A stretch of 27,561 nucleotides of DNA from Candidatus Woesearchaeota archaeon (GCA_964573185.1 CAZNIQ010000007.1:1-27561), one strand, 5' to 3'; shown: positions 6,427-15,587, counted from the stretch's first letter. Made by a program: numbers and translations. Notes: generated by a model from the letters alone, not told the origin.

Positions 6427-8229
6427 TCTTTTTCTATCACAGAAGCCATTTGGTAAGCACATTTCAATTATTTTTCCATAAACGTTATACATCTTATTAA
6501 AGCACCATAACGATGGATAATAAGTTATTTCAATAACTTCTCCTGGTCTTAAAATATTTTTTGAAACGTTAGCATACAAATCCTCCTTAGAGCATAAAAT
6601 CCTTCCTGACGAATCTAATATTTTTACATAAATATCTTTTAGATTTATTGCTGTAGTTCCGGTATTTGAAATCGTTACCCTAATTGGATAGAATATGGAA
6701 TAGTTTGCGTAAAGAAGTTTTACCTCTTCTTGTGATAAAGCCCTTTTAAAGAGGTAGATTTCATCAATAGAAATATTAGCCCAACCATTACCAATCGGGC
6801 ATATTGCCTTATTTGGATGATTTATATACAAATCCTTATCATTATCCTTTATATACCCTCTAATATCTCCCCACGAAGCTCCTAAACTATATTGTCCATC
6901 CTTAAAAGGTTTTAATTCCCAATCTTGTGAAGAATATATAGCCGCAAGATGAGTCCATTTTGAGAAGGGAATAGCATAAGTCCACCTTCTTTCAGTATTT
7001 GTACCATTTCCTACAGAGAATCCTACTATTCCAAATTCTTCTAGTACTACACTAAATCCTGTCGAAGTACCAGCTGTAGATCCTTTGTGCATAATACTCC
7101 TCCAATTATTCTTTGAATCACAATTTGGATTATTATTTGGTTTCAACCAAAACGAAATCCCTAATTCTTTGATATTGTCTATACTAGGTGAATCCTTTAT
7201 TAGGATATAACTCCCAATGGGAGTGTTATTAAATTGCAAATAATATCCCCAAGGCCCTTTTTTGATAAAACTTAAATCATTCACATATTTTCCTTTTCCT
7301 TCATCAAAAGATAAATGCAAGACTAAAGAATCATCTCTTGGGCAATTTCTGATATCTTGATAACAAGCTTTAATTTCCTCATCTGAGAGAGGTTTATTAT
7401 AAATCAGTAACTCGTAAAAAATAGCCTTTATGCCACACTCATTTCCAGAACAATCTTCTCCTCCAATATAAAGATAAACTTGTGATGGGTATCCTTTTAC
7501 TTTGGTAAAACAATGGGGATTTTCCGCCTTTCCATTTATGTAGAAAATAATACAATTAGAAGAACTGTTATATACTGCTGCTATAAAGTTTGTTTTATTT
7601 AATATTATTTTACTAGAACTGACCAATACTTCTTTGTTCCCACCATCACCAATTTTAAATTGAATTCGATGGTCTTGTGTTATTGCTAGAGAATACCCTT
7701 CTGTCCCCCAACTAGTATCAGTTGTTGTAACAATAGTTGAGCAATTATTTTCTAATTGAATAGGTTTTAGAATCACTATAATCGTCTTGCTACCATTAAA
7801 TGCTGCTAAACTGTTAGATATTTTAATACAACCATCTTCTAGAAAGTTAACATATAATCCTTTGTCTTCCCACCTATAATCCCCTTTAGTACCTTTATAT
7901 ATTTCCCCCTTCAAATTTCCATAGAATATACCATCATTATGATAATTTGAAACATCCTTAAAAGTAACATTACACATTATATTATCACAGGTAAAGTACC
8001 AATCCTCAAAGTTCATCCCTAAAACTAAATCCGGATCTATATTTGCAAATGTCTCTAAAATACTAAATCTAGAGCCAGTAGTATAGATTATTCTTTCTGT
8101 TTGTTCCTGAGTTGCAGATTGAACAGAGGATTGTAGATGGGTTATAAATAGAAAAGCAGATATTCCAAAAGCAACAACAAGTAAAGATAATATCAATATA
8201 CCAACTACCGGAGAGATGGCTCTTTTCAT
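6418..8229 (-). CDS. secreted/surface protein: archaeal type IV pilin-like signal peptide plus two LamG (concanavalin-like lectin) domains plus a C-terminal beta-sandwich
   Basis: Start moved to ATG 8229, giving MKRAISPVVGILILSLLVVAFGISAFLF (class III signal/DUF1628-like K-R-A-I-SPVV motif). Two LamG-like blocks (LVLGMNFEDW... and LVLHLSFDEGKGKYVNDLS...LSQEEVKLLY). TATA on the minus strand lies about 25 nt upstream of ATG 8229. Confidence 0.65.
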   Translation of the reverse strand: MKRAISPVVGILILSLLVVAFGISAFLFITHLQSSVQSATQEQTERIIYTTGSRFSILETFANIDPDLVLGMNFEDWYFTCDNIMCNVTFKDVSNYHNDGIFYGNLKGEIYKGTKGDYRWEDKGLYVNFLEDGCIKISNSLAAFNGSKTIIVILKPIQLENNCSTIVTTTDTSWGTEGYSLAITQDHRIQFKIGDGGNKEVLVSSSKIILNKTNFIAAVYNSSSNCIIFYINGKAENPHCFTKVKGYPSQVYLYIGGEDCSGNECGIKAIFYELLIYNKPLSDEEIKACYQDIRNCPRDDSLVLHLSFDEGKGKYVNDLSFIKKGPWGYYLQFNNTPIGSYILIKDSPSIDNIKELGISFWLKPNNNPNCDSKNNWRSIMHKGSTAGTSTGFSVVLEEFGIVGFSVGNGTNTERRWTYAIPFSKWTHLAAIYSSQDWELKPFKDGQYSLGASWGDIRGYIKDNDKDLYINHPNKAICPIGNGWANISIDEIYLFKRALSQEEVKLLYANYSIFYPIRVTISNTGTTAINLKDIYVKILDSSGRILCSKEDLYANVSKNILRPGEVIEITYYPSLWCFNKMYNVYGKIIEMCLPNGFCDRKRLD

Positions 8230-8246
8230 AAAATTTATGAAATGTT

Positions 8247-8262
8247 TTATATAATATAAAAG
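8247..8262 (-). promoter_or_regulatory. TATA element CTTTTATATTATATAA for the LamG/pilin-like gene, embedded in the end of the upstream methyltransferase gene
   Basis: rc of 8247-8262; centre is about 25 nt upstream of ATG 8229. Confidence 0.5.
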
Positions 8263-8861
8263 CGTTCTGCCCTGATCCAAAAAGCATCAATCCTTTTAAT
8301 CTTTTTCTCATGAAACCAATATATGGCTTTTATAGGAAATTTTACTTCTTTCAAGATATCAACCTTAAAGCCCCTTTCTTTAAAGTACTCTAAAATTATC
8401 TTTTTCTTTGCTAAATCATGTATAGAATAAACGACATCAGAAATTTCCGTTGCTTTATCTAAAAACTTAAATAAAAGCTTTCTTTTTTGAACACCAAAAG
8501 GAGGATTCATTATAACAACATCAACTTTTTTATTAAACTCTGAAACATCTGTATTTAAAATTTCATAATTATTAAATTTCAATTTCGATAAATTTTCTTT
8601 TAAGATCTTTATAGCATCTGGGTCAATTTCAACAAAGTATACTTTCTTTGCACCTAAGATTAAAGCACCTATTCCTAAAATACCAGTACCGGCACCTAAA
8701 TCTGCTATTACTCTATTTTGAATATCTCCTTTCATAAAAGCCGTCCAAAGGATTTCAGAAGCAAGATCCGGATCTGTAGGATATTGTTCTAATTCTAATT
8801 TTGGTCTTTCAAAAGTTTTTAATTTAGAGAGAATAATTGCCAATTGTTTTTTAGTTATCAT
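8247..8861 (-). CDS. METTL5/COG2263-type RNA (N6-adenine) methyltransferase
   Basis: Motif I DLGAGTGILG, VYFVEID and catalytic NPPFG; 204 aa. Confidence 0.7.
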   Translation of the reverse strand: MITKKQLAIILSKLKTFERPKLELEQYPTDPDLASEILWTAFMKGDIQNRVIADLGAGTGILGIGALILGAKKVYFVEIDPDAIKILKENLSKLKFNNYEILNTDVSEFNKKVDVVIMNPPFGVQKRKLLFKFLDKATEISDVVYSIHDLAKKKIILEYFKERGFKVDILKEVKFPIKAIYWFHEKKIKRIDAFWIRAERFYII

Positions 8862-9223
8862 TTAAATTGCTTATAATATTTTTCTTGTTTTTCATCAAAA
8901 GTTATTAATTCCTTATTTAATCTTAAAGCTACAGATATTATTACAAAATCATTATAATCCGATAAATTCTTTGCGTTTCTTAAAGCGAATAGAATATCGC
9001 TTTCCGTAATTTCTATTATCTCTGTTTTTTCACAAAGTATCCAACTTAAAATAATATCTTTTGGAAGATTTTTTCTTCTAGCAAACCAAACCAACTCATG
9101 AATCGCTATCGTTGGAATATAAATTAGTTTCGTTTTTTCAAAAATCTCAATAGCCTTTTTATGATGAATGTCTTCCTTAATCGAATATGCTATTAAAAAA
9201 GAAGTATCTGCAACTATTTCCAT
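8858..9223 (-). CDS. vapC: PIN-domain ribonuclease toxin VapC
   Basis: MEIVADTSFLIAY (first acidic residue), HELVW, NDFVI and TFDEK acidic positions; 121 aa; overlaps the upstream AbrB-type gene. Confidence 0.75.
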   Translation of the reverse strand: MEIVADTSFLIAYSIKEDIHHKKAIEIFEKTKLIYIPTIAIHELVWFARRKNLPKDIILSWILCEKTEIIEITESDILFALRNAKNLSDYNDFVIISVALRLNKELITFDEKQEKYYKQFK

Positions 9224-9447
9224 TGTTCTGCTAGTCCTTCTTCAATATATTTTTCTACTTTCTTGTAATCAATCTCTTCTCCAATACTATAAATTTTCGG
9301 TCTTTTAATTTTTTTTGGATAAATTATTATTTTATCCTTTTCCAATACTAATACTACTTTTTCCCCTGGTTTTAGATTTAATTGTTCTAAAAACTGTTTA
9401 GGTATTGTTATCTGATTCGCCCTTGTAATCGTTACCTCAACCATCAT
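9214..9447 (-). CDS. vapB: AbrB/SpoVT-domain antitoxin VapB
   Basis: VTITRANQITIPKQFLEQLNLKPGEKVVL is a SpoVT-AbrB swapped-hairpin motif; 77 aa; 10-nt overlap with vapC. Confidence 0.7.
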   Translation of the reverse strand: MMVEVTITRANQITIPKQFLEQLNLKPGEKVVLVLEKDKIIIYPKKIKRPKIYSIGEEIDYKKVEKYIEEGLAEQWK

Positions 9448-9497
9448 TAATTATAATGTAAGAAATTATTTATAATGTTGCTTTCCTTTAAATTCTA

Positions 9498-10124
9498 ATG
9501 AAAATACTCAAAGAACTTGAGAAAGAAATAAAGGAATCTGGAGCAATACTTTTAGAAGAACGTTTTGCCCAGAACTTAGAATATATAATTGAAATTGATT
9601 TTACTAGAATACTTAAGGCTTTAAGAGCTTTTAGATATGGCAAACCAGATGAGATATATCTATTATTAGCAAAAATCCCTTCAGAAACAGCAAGAAAAAT
9701 ATATGAAAAATTTATTAAAATAAAAAATAAACTGATTAAGAAATATTTTTATTATGAATTAAACTTTACAATAATAGGAACTCATGAAGATTATCTAGAG
9801 GAGCTATATCAGTCTTTATTGAATGAGAAAAAAGAATGGCTGGAAAAATTAAAACCAACTCTTAATGAAATTAAGGAAAAAATAAAAGAGAAGTTTGGGA
9901 AAGAAGAAGTTTACTTAACAGGCTCTTTATCCCCAAAATCCGATAATATTTTCTTAGCATATGAATTCGAGAATACAGAAATTATATCTTCAATAGATTT
10001 CTTTATAAAGTCTGAAGAAATTTTGGATACAAAGGACTTCGAAAAGGAATTATCTTTAAAAAAAGGATTCAGGATAAATATAAAATATGGAAAAGATGTT
10101 CCAAAAAATGCTATTCCCTTATAG
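9498..10124 (+). CDS. hypothetical protein (208 aa), possibly a degenerate minimal nucleotidyltransferase fold
   Basis: C-terminal VYLTGSLSPKS...SSIDFFIK is weakly reminiscent of the G-S / D-x-D NTase motif; otherwise no motif. Confidence 0.3.
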   Translation: MKILKELEKEIKESGAILLEERFAQNLEYIIEIDFTRILKALRAFRYGKPDEIYLLLAKIPSETARKIYEKFIKIKNKLIKKYFYYELNFTIIGTHEDYLEELYQSLLNEKKEWLEKLKPTLNEIKEKIKEKFGKEEVYLTGSLSPKSDNIFLAYEFENTEIISSIDFFIKSEEILDTKDFEKELSLKKGFRINIKYGKDVPKNAIPL

Positions 10125-10656
10125 CCCCTACCTCTCTTAATTTCTTTTCTAAGAATTTTATAGCCTCCTCAATTTCTTTTTCAGATTTTGCACCTGCAAC
10201 AACTATTTTTCCATTTTTAAATATAAGAAATCTCACCTTTATTTCATTTGGCCTATAGATCAATCCGGGGAATTGTTCCGGTTCGTATTCTGCTTCTGGA
10301 AGTTTTTCTGCTAACTCCTCAAGATTTACTTGGAAATCCAACTTTCCGGAAGCAACCATATTTTGTATTTCTATTTTAGGTTCCCCTCCAACTTTAACAC
10401 CTAGTTTTTCTAATTTTTTAATAATCTCATCTAAAGCCTTTTTAATATCATCCATACTTTTAGCACCTGTTATAATTACTTTACCAGAGGAAAATAACAA
10501 AGCGGAAACTTTGGGGTTCTTTAATTTTAGCACCAAACCTGGGAATTGTTCTGGGTTGTATTCTGCTTCTGGCCACTCAATTGCAGCTTTTTCAAGAGGT
10601 ATAAAAGTATTTGGTAAAGTTACAGAAGCAACGATATTCTGTATTTCCCACTCCAT
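10111..10656 (-). CDS. tbp: TATA-box-binding protein
   Basis: Two direct repeats: IQNIVASVTL...PEQFPGLVLKL...LLFSSGKVIITGAKS and IQNMVASGKL...PEQFPGLIYRP...LIFKNGKIVVAGAKS. Confidence 0.95.
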   Translation of the reverse strand: MEWEIQNIVASVTLPNTFIPLEKAAIEWPEAEYNPEQFPGLVLKLKNPKVSALLFSSGKVIITGAKSMDDIKKALDEIIKKLEKLGVKVGGEPKIEIQNMVASGKLDFQVNLEELAEKLPEAEYEPEQFPGLIYRPNEIKVRFLIFKNGKIVVAGAKSEKEIEEAIKFLEKKLREVGAIRE

Positions 10657-10658
10657 TA

Positions 10659-13600
10659 TTATTTTAATATTGTTAGAAATATCTTTAAACGATACCCTTT
10701 GATTTTCTCTACCGATGAGTAATCATAATGATCTATTTCCTTTTCTGAAGACGTTATCTTCAATTCTATAGCGTTTACATGCTTAGAGATTTTATCTCTG
10801 AACTCTTCAATCCAAGATTTTGTTTTTTCTTCAGAAACAATAAATACTTTTATCTTTTGATCCTTGGTTAGCTTCAATTTCTTTCTTCCTTCTTGTATTC
10901 TCCTTATAACTTCCCTCACAAATCCTTCTTTAAATAAATCTTCGGTTATTTCTTTGTTTAAAGCTATAAATCCAAATGGTAACCTCTCTATAACGTACCT
11001 GTCATCTTTAGATAGGAATTCTACCATTACATTGGACCAGTTTAATTCTACCCCCTCCAGCTCATATTTTCCTTTTTCTAATAGCTCCTTGTATATTCTT
11101 TTATGATCAATTTCAGATAACTTTGTAACTAATTTAGGTAATTTCTCTTCGGGTATTTTTGAGTAATCTAGCTTTATTTTTATTTCAACAAAATCTGGTA
11201 GTTCCGTAACAATTTTAACATCTTTCACATTTAATTTTGATAATAATACTTTTCTAACTTCTTCAAGCAGTTCTTTTTCCTCTTCAGATTTAACATATAT
11301 TATTGCTTCCTTTAATGGCCATCTTATTCCATATCCTACTTTTTTATCTCTTAATCTCCAACCAGCTTCTAGAATTTCTTTAACCAAATTAAAAGCTTTT
11401 TCAATTCTTTCATCTATCCATTTTTCATCTTTTTCTGGCCAAGGCAATAAATGTACAGATTCGCCATCTAATCCAAATGCTTCTTTCAAGTTAAGAAATG
11501 TTTTTTCAGTTATGAATGGAGCTACTATTGAAAACATGTTTATAGTGTCTAATAAAACTCTGTATATTACATAGAGTATTGTAGGTCTCGCTTCTTCATC
11601 TTCTTGAAGTCTCTCTCTAATTACTTTTATATAAAATCTTGACAATTCTAACCACAAGTTTTCTAACAACCTTCCAACTTTCCATAATTCATATTTTTCT
11701 AAGGCTTCTTCTACTTCCTTTTTAGTTTTCTCTAAAAGATGTAGCATATATTTATCCTCTGGTTCTAATTTCAATTCCTTTACCTCTTTAGGATTAATTC
11801 CATAGAACTTTGCTTGATCTATTAAGTACCTATGTATATTCCATAAAACATTTAATGTAGCTTGCTTCTCTCTAATTTTATTTATATCAACTCTTATATC
11901 TTCGTAAGCCTTAGCTGCTGTAGATAGATAAAATCTTGTAACGTCAGCACCGAAGTTCCTTATTAAATCAAAGGGATCAATAACATTACCTAATGATTTT
12001 GACATTTTTCTTCCTAAAGGATCTAGCGTATAACCATGTACATATACATTCTTATAAGGTATTTTACCGAAGTATACTGTTCCTAACACTGCTAAAGAAT
12101 AGAACCAACCACGTAATTGATCCAAACCTTCTATTATAAAGTCCACAGGAAATACGGGGGGTTCTCTTGATGCATATGGAGCTGAGCCAGAATCTATCCA
12201 AACATCAACAACATCTGGTACCCTTCTCATCTCTTGACCACACACTGGACACTTAAATGTAAAGTTATCCACAAAGGGTCTGTGCAAATCAAAGTTGTAA
12301 ACTCTTATTAACTCAAAGTCTCTTTGTCCCAGAGATCTTACTATAAAGTATTTTTCTTTTATTTTTCTAACAGTTTCATCGGATATAGAATCAACAAATA
12401 TAAATGTGTTATCTTCTACTTTATCTAATAATTCTAGTAGTTCTTCTTCCTTTGCTTCTATTTTTCTCTCTATATTGTAATATTCTTTTAACATCTCTTC
12501 AGCATACTCTGATTTTCTAACAACTATATATATTTTCTTTAGTCTCTTTCCAGTCAACTCTTCCAATTCTTTTATAGAACCTACAACATGTATATGTCCG
12601 TTAGGGCATCTCCAAACAGGTAAGGGTATTCCCCAATATCTTTGTCTGGATACAACCCAATCCGGTGCAGTTTCAATTACATGTCTAAAAGCTTCTTTAG
12701 CAGAAGGTGGTATGAAATTGACGTTTTCTAAATCTTCTAACAATTTCTCTTTTAATTTCTGAACGTTCAAAAACCACTGTTTTGTGGTTCTTATTATTAA
12801 TCTCGTGCCACATCTCCAACATATAGGGTAATCGTGTTCGTACCATTCAAAGTAAACTAATATTTTCTTTTCCTTTAATAGATTTACCCATTTAAGATCA
12901 TCAAACTTGGCTCGCCATCCTTCAAAGTAAGGAAGATTTCTAATGTATCCTTCTTCATCAACAGTATTAAAGGGTTTTACATTATATTTCAGACCTACTT
13001 CGTAATCTTCTGGACCACAACCTGGTGCAGAATGTACCAATCCTGTACCCTCTTCTGTAGTTACATATTCTTCAGAAAGCCAAACGGTAAAAGCATTTGG
13101 ATTTTCTTTTTTGATTTTGTCTAATACTCCTTTTAGTTCCTCATAGAAAGGCGGTATATATTCCTTTCCTTCAAGTTCTCTACCTAAAAATGTCTTAACT
13201 ATCTTATAATTCTGTATACCGAATTTTGCCATTAAAGCATTAACCAGATCTTTCGCAACTATCCAATATTCTTTCTTATTCTCATATGCGAGCTTTTCCT
13301 TTAACACTTTCTTTTCTTTTTCATCTATTTCTAATTCCTTAACATACGTTTTCGGAACCTCAACTAGAACATACTCTATATTTGGATTTACCATTACACC
13401 CAAGTTATATGTCAGCGTCCAAGGTGTTGTAGTCCAAATAAGTAAGTAAGTATTAGGATCTTCCTTTAATCTAAATTTAACGAAAATTGAAGGATCTATA
13501 GCCGGTTTATATTTCGGATCTCCATATCCTAATTCTATTTCATGTTTTGCTAATGTAGTTTGGCATCTAGGGCACCACCAAACAGGTTTTTCGCCTTCAT

Positions 13601-14111
13601 AAAGCAAACCTTGCTCATAAGCTTTCTTAAACATAGACCAAACCTTTTCTATATATTCATTAGTTATAGGCAAGTAAGGATTGTCCGTATCTTGCCAATG
13701 TGCCAATCTATGATATAATTCTATAAAGGAAAGCATAGAGCCATAAGCAAACTTTTTACATTCCTCTATGAACTTTTGTATCCCAATTTTCTCTATTTCT
13801 TTTTTAGTTTTTATTCCTAACTTCTTCTCTACTTTCTCTTCTATAGGTAAACCGTGCATATCAAAACCAGATTGTACCCAAACATGATATCCTTTCTTAG
13901 CTCTGTATCTTAGAACTATATCCTTTAAAGATCTATTCCAAGTATGTCCTAAATGTGGATTCCCTGTAGTATAAGGGGGTCCCTCTAAGAAATTAAAATC
14001 AGGTTTTCCTCTTTGCATTAACCTCCACTTTTGATATATTTTATTTTCTTCCCAAAAAGACAATACATCTTCCTCTTGTTTAGGATCCCACCTTGAGGGT
14101 ATTTTATTCAT
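10659..14111 (-). CDS. ileS: isoleucyl-tRNA synthetase
   Basis: HIGH-type PHLGH, GFDMHGLPIE, editing-domain TTTPWTL, zinc Cys pairs and KMSKS. Start set at ATG 14111; the track uses TTG 14120. Stop lies 2 nt before the tbp start. Confidence 0.9.
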   Translation of the reverse strand: MNKIPSRWDPKQEEDVLSFWEENKIYQKWRLMQRGKPDFNFLEGPPYTTGNPHLGHTWNRSLKDIVLRYRAKKGYHVWVQSGFDMHGLPIEEKVEKKLGIKTKKEIEKIGIQKFIEECKKFAYGSMLSFIELYHRLAHWQDTDNPYLPITNEYIEKVWSMFKKAYEQGLLYEGEKPVWWCPRCQTTLAKHEIELGYGDPKYKPAIDPSIFVKFRLKEDPNTYLLIWTTTPWTLTYNLGVMVNPNIEYVLVEVPKTYVKELEIDEKEKKVLKEKLAYENKKEYWIVAKDLVNALMAKFGIQNYKIVKTFLGRELEGKEYIPPFYEELKGVLDKIKKENPNAFTVWLSEEYVTTEEGTGLVHSAPGCGPEDYEVGLKYNVKPFNTVDEEGYIRNLPYFEGWRAKFDDLKWVNLLKEKKILVYFEWYEHDYPICWRCGTRLIIRTTKQWFLNVQKLKEKLLEDLENVNFIPPSAKEAFRHVIETAPDWVVSRQRYWGIPLPVWRCPNGHIHVVGSIKELEELTGKRLKKIYIVVRKSEYAEEMLKEYYNIERKIEAKEEELLELLDKVEDNTFIFVDSISDETVRKIKEKYFIVRSLGQRDFELIRVYNFDLHRPFVDNFTFKCPVCGQEMRRVPDVVDVWIDSGSAPYASREPPVFPVDFIIEGLDQLRGWFYSLAVLGTVYFGKIPYKNVYVHGYTLDPLGRKMSKSLGNVIDPFDLIRNFGADVTRFYLSTAAKAYEDIRVDINKIREKQATLNVLWNIHRYLIDQAKFYGINPKEVKELKLEPEDKYMLHLLEKTKKEVEEALEKYELWKVGRLLENLWLELSRFYIKVIRERLQEDEEARPTILYVIYRVLLDTINMFSIVAPFITEKTFLNLKEAFGLDGESVHLLPWPEKDEKWIDERIEKAFNLVKEILEAGWRLRDKKVGYGIRWPLKEAIIYVKSEEEKELLEEVRKVLLSKLNVKDVKIVTELPDFVEIKIKLDYSKIPEEKLPKLVTKLSEIDHKRIYKELLEKGKYELEGVELNWSNVMVEFLSKDDRYVIERLPFGFIALNKEITEDLFKEGFVREVIRRIQEGRKKLKLTKDQKIKVFIVSEEKTKSWIEEFRDKISKHVNAIELKITSSEKEIDHYDYSSVEKIKGYRLKIFLTILK

Positions 14112-14123
14112 TAAAACCAAAAC

Positions 14124-14131
14124 TATATAAA
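14124..14131 (+). promoter_or_regulatory. TATA box TATATAAA for the 14153 gene
   Basis: Centre is about 25 nt upstream of ATG 14153. Confidence 0.5.
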
Positions 14132-14152
14132 TTTCTTAAAAAAGCTTTTGTT

Positions 14153-14662
14153 ATGTTATGGCTGGTCCTTGGCTTAGTTCTATTGGGAACTGTTGCAGGT
14201 ATTTATATCTTAAATCCAACAATTCAAACTGTAAAGATAGGTAATGAGACAATAAAAATTGGTGTTAAAGATGCTATCAATCTTTTAATAAATGCTATGA
14301 AACCTTTACCAGAAATGAAACATAATTATTCTTGCTTTCCATACTATGATAAAGTAATCTTACTCAACGGAACAAAAATATACGGAATTCCTAGAGAATT
14401 TTATAAATTAATGGGAGATACTATTGAAGTTTGCTATAAAAATTGTTGTATAAACGTTACTTTGAAAAATAAAATATTAATAAATATCAAACCCGCAAAT
14501 AAAACAATATACATCAAAGATAAGGAAATTTTAAATGAAATAATAAATCTTTTAGAAAAAGAAAACTATAATGGAGCCTTAAAAATAATAATAAAAGGAA
14601 TTATAGATGGAAAGATAAAGGGAGTTACAATTGAGGATATTAAAAGAATAGCAGGACTTTGA
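14153..14662 (+). CDS. membrane-anchored Cys-rich protein (KNCC family member 1)
   Basis: Start moved to ATG 14153 (MLWLVLGLVLLGTVAGIYIL signal/TM). The track start TTG 14093 overlaps the ileS start. Shares the YSC.P, KNCC and TIYIK motifs with the ORF at 17813. Confidence 0.55.
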   Translation: MLWLVLGLVLLGTVAGIYILNPTIQTVKIGNETIKIGVKDAINLLINAMKPLPEMKHNYSCFPYYDKVILLNGTKIYGIPREFYKLMGDTIEVCYKNCCINVTLKNKILINIKPANKTIYIKDKEILNEIINLLEKENYNGALKIIIKGIIDGKIKGVTIEDIKRIAGL

Positions 14663-15576
14663 GGGTATTTGTACAGTATCCAGAAGGCTTAAAGAACAAA
14701 CTTTGGGAAATAAAAAAGAAGTTAGAAGAACAAGGATATGAAGTCATTTTTGATAATGAACCGACGTATGGATTTTGTGATTTAAAGGATGATGAGGCTT
14801 TAAGATTAGGCTGTCAAGCTATAATACATATAGGGCATAATGCTTTTGGCTTTGAACATTTATTAAAGAAATCTAAAGTTAAAGTAATTATATGGGAATG
14901 GAAATATGATGTTGATAAAGAAAAAGTAGATAGAATACTTAAAAAAGAAATAAATAAGATTAGAGATTATAAGAGAGTCGGAATTGTATCTTCTTTACAA
15001 TATCTAAATTACGTTTATTATTTAAAGGAAAAACTTAAAGAATTGGGGTTTGAACCAATAGTACCAAAGAATCCGCAGATTTTAGGTTGTAATATTGCCA
15101 ATGCTAGAATAATAGAAAATAGAGTAGATATCTTTTTGGTTCCAACAGAAGGAAAATTTTATCCTTTAGGTTTAGCTTTAGAGACTGATAAACCGGTATT
15201 CGCTTTCGATTTAGAAAAAGAACAAATAATTTCAATGGAAAAGGAAAGGAAAAAATATTTAACTGTAAAATATTATTACTTAGAGAAATTTAAAGAAGCT
15301 AAGAAAGTTGCTTTGTTAGTATCATGGAAAAAGGGACAAATGTTTTATGATCCATTTAAAGTTAAAGAAGAATTGGAAAAAATGGGAAAAGAAGTTATTA
15401 TTCTAGCTATGGATGAAGTAGATGAAAGAAAATTAATTGGAATAGATGTGGATTTCTATATCAATTTAGCTTGTCCCAGGATCTTTGATGGGTTTGAAAG
15501 ATTTGAAAAACCAATACTAAATTGGAAAGATATTATTCAGTGGCGCCGCTCCCTTCATCAAAGTTCAGAGGACTGA
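14659..15576 (+). CDS. dph2: diphthamide synthase subunit Dph2 (2-(3-amino-3-carboxypropyl)histidine synthase)
   Basis: VQYPEGLKNKLWEIKKKLEEQGYEVIFDNEPTYGFCDL...IIHIGH, plus conserved Cys in LGCNI and LACPRI. Apparent TTG start overlaps the upstream stop. The last ~13 codons are antisense to a C/D sRNA. Confidence 0.8.
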   Translation: MRVFVQYPEGLKNKLWEIKKKLEEQGYEVIFDNEPTYGFCDLKDDEALRLGCQAIIHIGHNAFGFEHLLKKSKVKVIIWEWKYDVDKEKVDRILKKEINKIRDYKRVGIVSSLQYLNYVYYLKEKLKELGFEPIVPKNPQILGCNIANARIIENRVDIFLVPTEGKFYPLGLALETDKPVFAFDLEKEQIISMEKERKKYLTVKYYYLEKFKEAKKVALLVSWKKGQMFYDPFKVKEELEKMGKEVIILAMDEVDERKLIGIDVDFYINLACPRIFDGFERFEKPILNWKDIIQWRRSLHQSSED

Positions 15577-15587
15577 AAGCTCATCAT
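15537..15587 (-). ncRNA. box C/D sRNA (second unit of the tRNA-Leu array)
   Basis: Minus strand: C AUGAUGA 15587-15581; 12-nt guide gcuuucaguccu; D' CUGA 15568-15565; C' UGAUGA 15560-15555; 14-nt guide agggagcggcgcca; D CUGA 15540-15537. Confidence 0.85.

Noticed and set aside
8230-8311. Upstream extension of the LamG ORF (MDQGRTLLYYIKHFINF) and the 80-aa ORF 8069..8311.
   Set aside because: The extension overlaps the methyltransferase 3' end and contains the TATA box. A class III signal peptide must be N-terminal, which favours ATG 8229. The ORF at 8069..8311 is an out-of-frame overlap.
12944-12990. TGATGA ... CTGA pair on the minus strand inside ileS.
   Set aside because: The spacing is about 31 nt with no internal boxes, so it is not a C/D architecture.
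14093-14152. TTG-initiated extension of the 14153 gene.
   Set aside because: It overlaps the divergent ileS start and the shared promoter region. ATG 14153 yields a proper N-terminal hydrophobic anchor.
14789-14814. ATGATGA inside dph2 that looked like a box C.
   Set aside because: No CUGA lies at 11-14 nt (the next bases are ...TTAGGCTGT) and there is no C'/D' pair. It is simply the codons D-D-E.
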